DNA of 64,000 nt from Chloroflexota bacterium (GTDB lineage: Bacteria; Chloroflexota; Dehalococcoidia; Lucifugimonadales; UBA3495): the NCBI GenBank assembly GCA_027623675.1, contig JAQBVF010000002.1, positions 32,001 through 96,000 of the forward strand. The letters are read 5' to 3'. Within the stretch, counting starts at the first letter, position 1, and each line of letters opens with the position of its first letter. The notes under the pieces are model-generated. The model did no database searches and was not told where the DNA came from. It saw only the letters and a program-made list of their open reading frames with translations. A program made the translations under genes and the position numbers. Below are positions 59,402-64,000 of this stretch, piece by piece.

Positions 59402-59686
59402 TTACAGCCCCTCGATCAGGTTGATGCGGTCGCCTTGCTTCAAGGTGACAACCGCTTTCTTCGTGTCGGGCCGCTGGGTGATGCGGGCGCCGTAGCGCTT
59501 CTTCTTACCCCGCAGCTTGGTGATATTCACATCCAGCACGGTTACGCTGAAGTTCTTCTCGACGGCCTCTTTGACCTCCACCTTGTTCGCCTGGGGTGCG
59601 ATGTGGAAGGTGTACTTGCCGGACTCTTGCAGGAGCGTGCTTTTCTCCGTGATGGTGGGCTTGAGGAGCACGTGTTGGATATCCAT
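59402..59686 (-). CDS. rplW: 50S ribosomal protein L23
   Basis: PTITEKS, ANKVEVKEAVE, KKAVVTL. Confidence 0.96.
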   Translation of the reverse strand: MDIQHVLLKPTITEKSTLLQESGKYTFHIAPQANKVEVKEAVEKNFSVTVLDVNITKLRGKKKRYGARITQRPDTKKAVVTLKQGDRINLIEGL

Positions 59687-60631
59687 CTACGCCTGTTCCT
59701 CCGAAGAATCCCCAGTTGGAGCGTCCTGGGACGCCGTCTCAGGGGCTGCTTCTTCACCCGCGGCGGCGGTGGCGCGGCGGCGCCTGGTCCGCGGCTTGGG
59801 AGCCTCTTCTTCCGCCGGCGCCTCTGTCGGGTCAGCCGTACCTGCGGCGGCAGCAGGCGTGGCGCTGCGGCGGCGAGGCCTGGGCTTCGTTTCTTCCTCG
59901 GCAACAGCGGTCGCGGTATCTTCCGTTACGGAAACAGCCTCGTCGTCGGCTGCCTCAGGCTCGGCCGTTCCGCCGCTGGCCCATCTGGCGCCGCGGCGTC
60001 CGTGGGGCTCAACCGCAAGCGTTTCTTCCGCCCAGCGGGCCGCTTCCACGGTCATGATTACCGTGTCCCGGGCCAACAGTTCCTGAGCGTTCAGTTGGTT
60101 GACTGGAATCGTCCAGATCTTTTTCAGGTTATGGGCCGATTGGACCACCTCTGTAACGGTCCCCATGGTGACGACCAGAGCCGATCCGCCAACTGCGAGA
60201 TTCTCCAGCAATTGGGCCATGGACTTGGTCTTGCCGTCGATGGTGCTCGTGGAATCGAGACAGAACAGACGGCTTTGGCGCGCCTTATCCGATAGCACGC
60301 AACGCAGGGCTTGCCGCTTCATGCGCTTGGGAAGGGCGGCCCGGTAGCTGCGGGGATGCGGTCCGAAGACCACGCCGCCGTGACGCCACTGGGGGGCGCG
60401 GGTGCTGCCCTGCCGGGCCCGGCCGGTGTGTTTCTGCAGCCACGGTTTGCGGCCGCCGCCGGAAACCTGCGCCCTGGTCTTCGTGTCATGGGTTCCCTGG
60501 CGCTTGTTGCCCTGGTAGATGACCATGGCTTGGTGCACCAAGGATTGGTTCATCGGCACGTTGAAGACGGCATCGTTAAGTTCGATGTTATCTAGTGTGT
60601 CGCCGCTCTGGTTTTTTACTGCAACTTGCAT
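59687..60631 (-). CDS. rplD: 50S ribosomal protein L4 (with ~105-aa C-terminal extension)
   Basis: RQGTHDTKTRAQVSGGGRKPWLQKHTGRARQG, GGVVFGP.PR. Confidence 0.96.
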   Translation of the reverse strand: MQVAVKNQSGDTLDNIELNDAVFNVPMNQSLVHQAMVIYQGNKRQGTHDTKTRAQVSGGGRKPWLQKHTGRARQGSTRAPQWRHGGVVFGPHPRSYRAALPKRMKRQALRCVLSDKARQSRLFCLDSTSTIDGKTKSMAQLLENLAVGGSALVVTMGTVTEVVQSAHNLKKIWTIPVNQLNAQELLARDTVIMTVEAARWAEETLAVEPHGRRGARWASGGTAEPEAADDEAVSVTEDTATAVAEEETKPRPRRRSATPAAAAGTADPTEAPAEEEAPKPRTRRRRATAAAGEEAAPETASQDAPTGDSSEEQA

Positions 60632-60658
60632 TTGGAGATCTTATAGTCGCCGGCGCCC

Positions 60659-61276
60659 TTAGGCGCCGATCCTTCTAATCTGGACCAGGCTGTTGGTAGC
60701 CCCAGGAATGCCGCCCTTGACCAAGAGCAGATTCCGTTCGGCATCCACTTCAATGATTTCCAGGCCTTTAACGGTGATCCGGCGGTTGCCCATGTGTCCG
60801 GCCATCTTCAGGCCTTTGTAGACCTTGCCGGGAGTGGTGCCGCCGCCGATGGAACCCGGCGCCCGGGAGCGGTCCGACTGACCATGGGTCCGGGGGCCGC
60901 CACCGAATCCCCAGCGTTTCATCACGCCGGCGAATCCACGGCCCTTGGATGTTCCAATCACGTCTACTTTCTCGCCGGCTGCGAAGATATCGACACCGAC
61001 GGATTGACCCACCTGGAATTCGGTGGGGTCGTCTGCTGTCACTTCCCTAAGGAAGCGGCTGAGACGGCTGTCTTTCAGATGGCCGCTTTCAGGCTTGTTT
61101 CGCCGTTTCACATCGCCGAAACCCAGCTGGACCGCTTCGTAGCCGTCGGTCTCCTTGGTTTTGACCTGGGTTACGACACACGGGCCGGCTTGGATGACGG
61201 TAACGGGGACCACTCTACCGTCTTCACGGTAGATCTGGGTCATCCCTATTTTCTTTCCCAGGTATCCCTGGAGCAT
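60659..61276 (-). CDS. rplC: 50S ribosomal protein L3
   Basis: [36 protein letters not shown]. Confidence 0.97.
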   Translation of the reverse strand: MLQGYLGKKIGMTQIYREDGRVVPVTVIQAGPCVVTQVKTKETDGYEAVQLGFGDVKRRNKPESGHLKDSRLSRFLREVTADDPTEFQVGQSVGVDIFAAGEKVDVIGTSKGRGFAGVMKRWGFGGGPRTHGQSDRSRAPGSIGGGTTPGKVYKGLKMAGHMGNRRITVKGLEIIEVDAERNLLLVKGGIPGATNSLVQIRRIGA

Positions 61277-61310
61277 CGTTATTCGCCTTTGTTGATCTGA
61301 ATGGTTGAGT

Positions 61311-61622
61311 CTAGAGTTTGATCGAGATATCGACGCCCGCCGGCAGGTTCAACCTGGTCAGCGAGTCTATAGTCTTCGAGGTTGGCTCCAGGATGTCGAT
61401 CAAACGTTTGTGTGTGCGTATCTCAAAATGTTCGCGAGAGTCTTTGTCCACGTGGGGGCCACGGATGACGCAGAAGCGGCGAATGTGGGTGGGCAGCGGC
61501 ACCGGTCCGGCGACGCGCGCTCCGGTCCGTTCGGCCGTCTCCACGATCTGTCCGGTGGAAAGGTCCAACATCTTGTGGTCGAAGGCTTTCAAGATGATCC
61601 GTACTTTTTGCCGAGTTACCAT
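61311..61622 (-). CDS. rpsJ: 30S ribosomal protein S10
   Basis: [32 protein letters not shown]. Confidence 0.97.
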   Translation of the reverse strand: MVTRQKVRIILKAFDHKMLDLSTGQIVETAERTGARVAGPVPLPTHIRRFCVIRGPHVDKDSREHFEIRTHKRLIDILEPTSKTIDSLTRLNLPAGVDISIKL

Positions 61623-61709
61623 AAGCCTGCTTTCTGTTCGTCCTTCTTATTGGATACCGGGATTGGATACCGGGTTATGAGACGCCACGGCCCTGGCCTA
61701 GGTTGAGAC

Positions 61710-63791
61710 CTAGGCTGGGACCAAAGTCCTTACGATGTGGTCCGGGACCGGCTCGTAATACTTGAATTCCATGCTATACGAAGCCCGGCCCTGGCTGATG
61801 GAACGTAACGCAGTCGTGTACGCGAACGTCTCGCCCAGAGGCAGAAGCGCCCGCACGTACTGCAGGTTGTCCTGGCCCTCGATGCTCTGAATCTGAGCCC
61901 GGCGGGTCCCCAGGTCACCGATCACTTCACCGAGGTATTCCTCGGGGGTCACCACTTCCAAATCAGCTATCGGCTCAAGCAGTACAGGGGCGCACTTGGG
62001 CGCGCCCTCTCTGATGGCCAGCATCCCGGCGCTCCGGAAAGCCATTTCGGAAGAGTCCACTTGGTGGAAGCTTCCGTCCACCAGAGACACTTTTAGGTCA
62101 ACCAGAGGATACCCGGCTAGAGGGCCGTTGTCTAGGGCGTCCCTCACGCCTTTTTCGACCGCAGGGATGAACTCCCTGGGGATCGCGCCCCTGGTGATGT
62201 TGTTCTCGAAGATTATGCCTTCGCCCCGCTCCAGCGGGATCAGGTCCAGTATCACGTGTCCGAACTGACCGTGTCCGCCGGTCTGACGCACGAAGCGGCC
62301 TTCAACCTGTCGCTGACTGGTCAATGTCTCGCGGTAGGAGACACGGGGCATGCCGACCTGGGCGGCGACGTTGAATTCACGGCGCATCCGGTCGACCAAT
62401 ACTTCAAGATGTAGTTCACCCATACCGGAGATGATCGTCTGGCCGGTCTCGTCGTTGACCGAGACTACGAAGGTCGGGTCCTCGTCGGCAAGTTTCCGCA
62501 GGGAGTCGGTCAAGCGGTCCTGATCGGCCTTGGTCGTCGGCTCGATGGCCACCGACACAACCGGCTTGGGGAACTTGGGCGGCTCTAGAATCACCGGGCG
62601 GTCTTGGGTGCCAATGGTATCGCCGGTGAAGGTGTCCTTCAGTCCGATGGCGGCGCAGATGTTCCCCGCGGTTACCTCATCCAGTTCTTCCCTGGAGTTG
62701 GCGTGCATGCGGAGCAGACGCCCCATGCGCTCGCGGCTGTTCTTGGTAACGTTGTTCACCACGGCGCCGGCCTTGACCGTGCCGGAATAGACCCGCAGGA
62801 ACACCAGACGGCCCACATAGGGGTCGGTGGCGACCTTGAAAGCCAGCGCCGACAACGGTTCGTCGGCATCCGGATGGCGGAGTTCAATCTCATTGGTGCG
62901 TGGGTTGATTCCTTCCACTGGGGGGGCGTCCGCAGGGGAAGGCAGGTAATCTATGATGGCGTCCAGCAGATTGTGGATTCCCTTGGCGAACATGGCGCTG
63001 CCCAGCAGCACGGGCACTATCTTCCGATCACAGGTGGCCTGCCGGAGCGCCGCCTTCAGTTCATCTTCGGAGATCTCCTCGCCTTCCAGATATTTGACCA
63101 GCAGAACTTCATCGGTCTCGGCAACCTTCTCGATAAGTTCCTGCCGGTATTGTTCGAACTGCTCGGCGAACTCGGGCGGCGTGTCCACTTCTTTCGGCCG
63201 GTCGACGTTGCCTTCATTGACCCTTCCCACCGGGTATATGGTGGCCTTGCCGGTGATCAGATCGATCATCCCGGCGAAGGAATCTTCTGAGCCGATGGGC
63301 AGTTGGATAGCAACAGGGTTGCCGTTCAAGCGGCGGCGGATGGACTCGATCGTGCGCTCATAGCTGGCGCCGGCCCGGTCCATTTTATTGACGAAACAGA
63401 TGCGGGGGACCTTGTAGGTGTCGGCCTGCCGCCAAACGGTCTCCGACTGTGACTGGACACCGGCAACGGCGTCGAGCACGACGATGCCGCCATCCAAAAC
63501 ACGGAGGCTGCGTTCCACTTCGGCGGTGAAATCGACGTGGCCGGGCGTGTCGATCACGTTGACGCGGAATTCTTTCCAGTAGGTGGTGGTTGCCGCGGCG
63601 GTGATGGTGATGCCCCTTTCTTTTTCCTGGGGCATCCAGTCCATCGCCGTATTGCCCTCGTCCACGCCACCCGCACGGTGAATACGGCCTGTGGCGAACA
63701 GGACCTGCTCAGTTACCGTGGTTTTTCCGGCGTCGATATGGGCGATAAACCCGATATTGCGGATCTTTTCGATCGGAAAGTTGTCTGCCAT
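61710..63791 (-). CDS. fusA: Elongation factor G
   Basis: AHIDAGKTT, RGITI, DTPGHVDF, NKMD, GMGELHL, RQTGGHGQF, DSSEMAF. Confidence 0.97.
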   Translation of the reverse strand: MADNFPIEKIRNIGFIAHIDAGKTTVTEQVLFATGRIHRAGGVDEGNTAMDWMPQEKERGITITAAATTTYWKEFRVNVIDTPGHVDFTAEVERSLRVLDGGIVVLDAVAGVQSQSETVWRQADTYKVPRICFVNKMDRAGASYERTIESIRRRLNGNPVAIQLPIGSEDSFAGMIDLITGKATIYPVGRVNEGNVDRPKEVDTPPEFAEQFEQYRQELIEKVAETDEVLLVKYLEGEEISEDELKAALRQATCDRKIVPVLLGSAMFAKGIHNLLDAIIDYLPSPADAPPVEGINPRTNEIELRHPDADEPLSALAFKVATDPYVGRLVFLRVYSGTVKAGAVVNNVTKNSRERMGRLLRMHANSREELDEVTAGNICAAIGLKDTFTGDTIGTQDRPVILEPPKFPKPVVSVAIEPTTKADQDRLTDSLRKLADEDPTFVVSVNDETGQTIISGMGELHLEVLVDRMRREFNVAAQVGMPRVSYRETLTSQRQVEGRFVRQTGGHGQFGHVILDLIPLERGEGIIFENNITRGAIPREFIPAVEKGVRDALDNGPLAGYPLVDLKVSLVDGSFHQVDSSEMAFRSAGMLAIREGAPKCAPVLLEPIADLEVVTPEEYLGEVIGDLGTRRAQIQSIEGQDNLQYVRALLPLGETFAYTTALRSISQGRASYSMEFKYYEPVPDHIVRTLVPA

Positions 63792-63864
63792 TTAGATTTG
63801 GCACTGGATACTTACTATGAAGACTGGGCGCTGGGGCCTACGGGGGAATCAACTGAAAAGTAAA

Positions 63865-64000
63865 TTACCGACGGTAGTGCACAAAGGCCCGGTTGGCTTC
63901 CGCCATCCGGTGCAACTCCTCCCTTCTACGGACGGCCGAACCCTCGCCACGGGAGGCATCCATTAATTCTTGTGCCAGTCCACGCATCATGGGCATACCG
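63865..64000 (-). CDS. rpsG: 30S ribosomal protein S7, C-terminal part (gene starts outside window)
   Basis: Manual translation ...[44 protein letters not shown]. Confidence 0.93.
   Translation of the reverse strand, partial: GMPMMRGLAQELMDASRGEGSAVRRREELHRMAEANRAFVHYRR

Overview
High-GC bacterial chromosomal window. Gene content suggests Chloroflexota/Dehalococcoidia, probably SAR202-like: several luciferase-like oxidoreductases, paired acyl-CoA dehydrogenases, and fusA directly followed by rpsJ with no tuf. This taxonomy is inference, not a database result. 1-35.5 kb is accessory metabolism: nitroreductase/maleate-isomerase pair; a lower-GC islet with a tRNA-like remnant, an MscS gene and degenerate REP doublets; SelA-like PLP enzyme plus LLM; DUF3179 lipoprotein; ECF sigma; a tkt/mycothione-reductase-like/gnd/zwf/GH15 cluster; hydantoinase A/B; cupin and BNR-propeller genes; a split PEP-synthase-like (phenylphosphate-synthase A/B-like) phosphotransferase with an MFS transporter; LLM; a Cys-to-Ser isochorismatase; and a YHS/ACAD pair/fused EtfBA cluster followed by pncB. 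35.7-42.7 kb holds a SAM-I riboswitch-led mtnA-mtnP-rhodanese-ahcY-metK operon and a phosphohexomutase. 43-64 kb is the str/S10/spc/alpha ribosomal superoperon on the minus strand, where L4, S17, L5, S3 and RpoA carry long acidic extensions. Best candidates for undescribed biology: (1) the split small-molecule dikinase plus MFS, (2) the acidic and Arg-patch ribosomal extensions, (3) the rhodanese inside the SAM-riboswitch operon, (4) the glycoside-to-NADPH-to-thiol-reductase module, (5) the ETF-fusion/ACAD/YHS cluster. No CRISPR array, rRNA, intact tRNA, transposase or integrase was seen. All family assignments come from motif recognition by eye.
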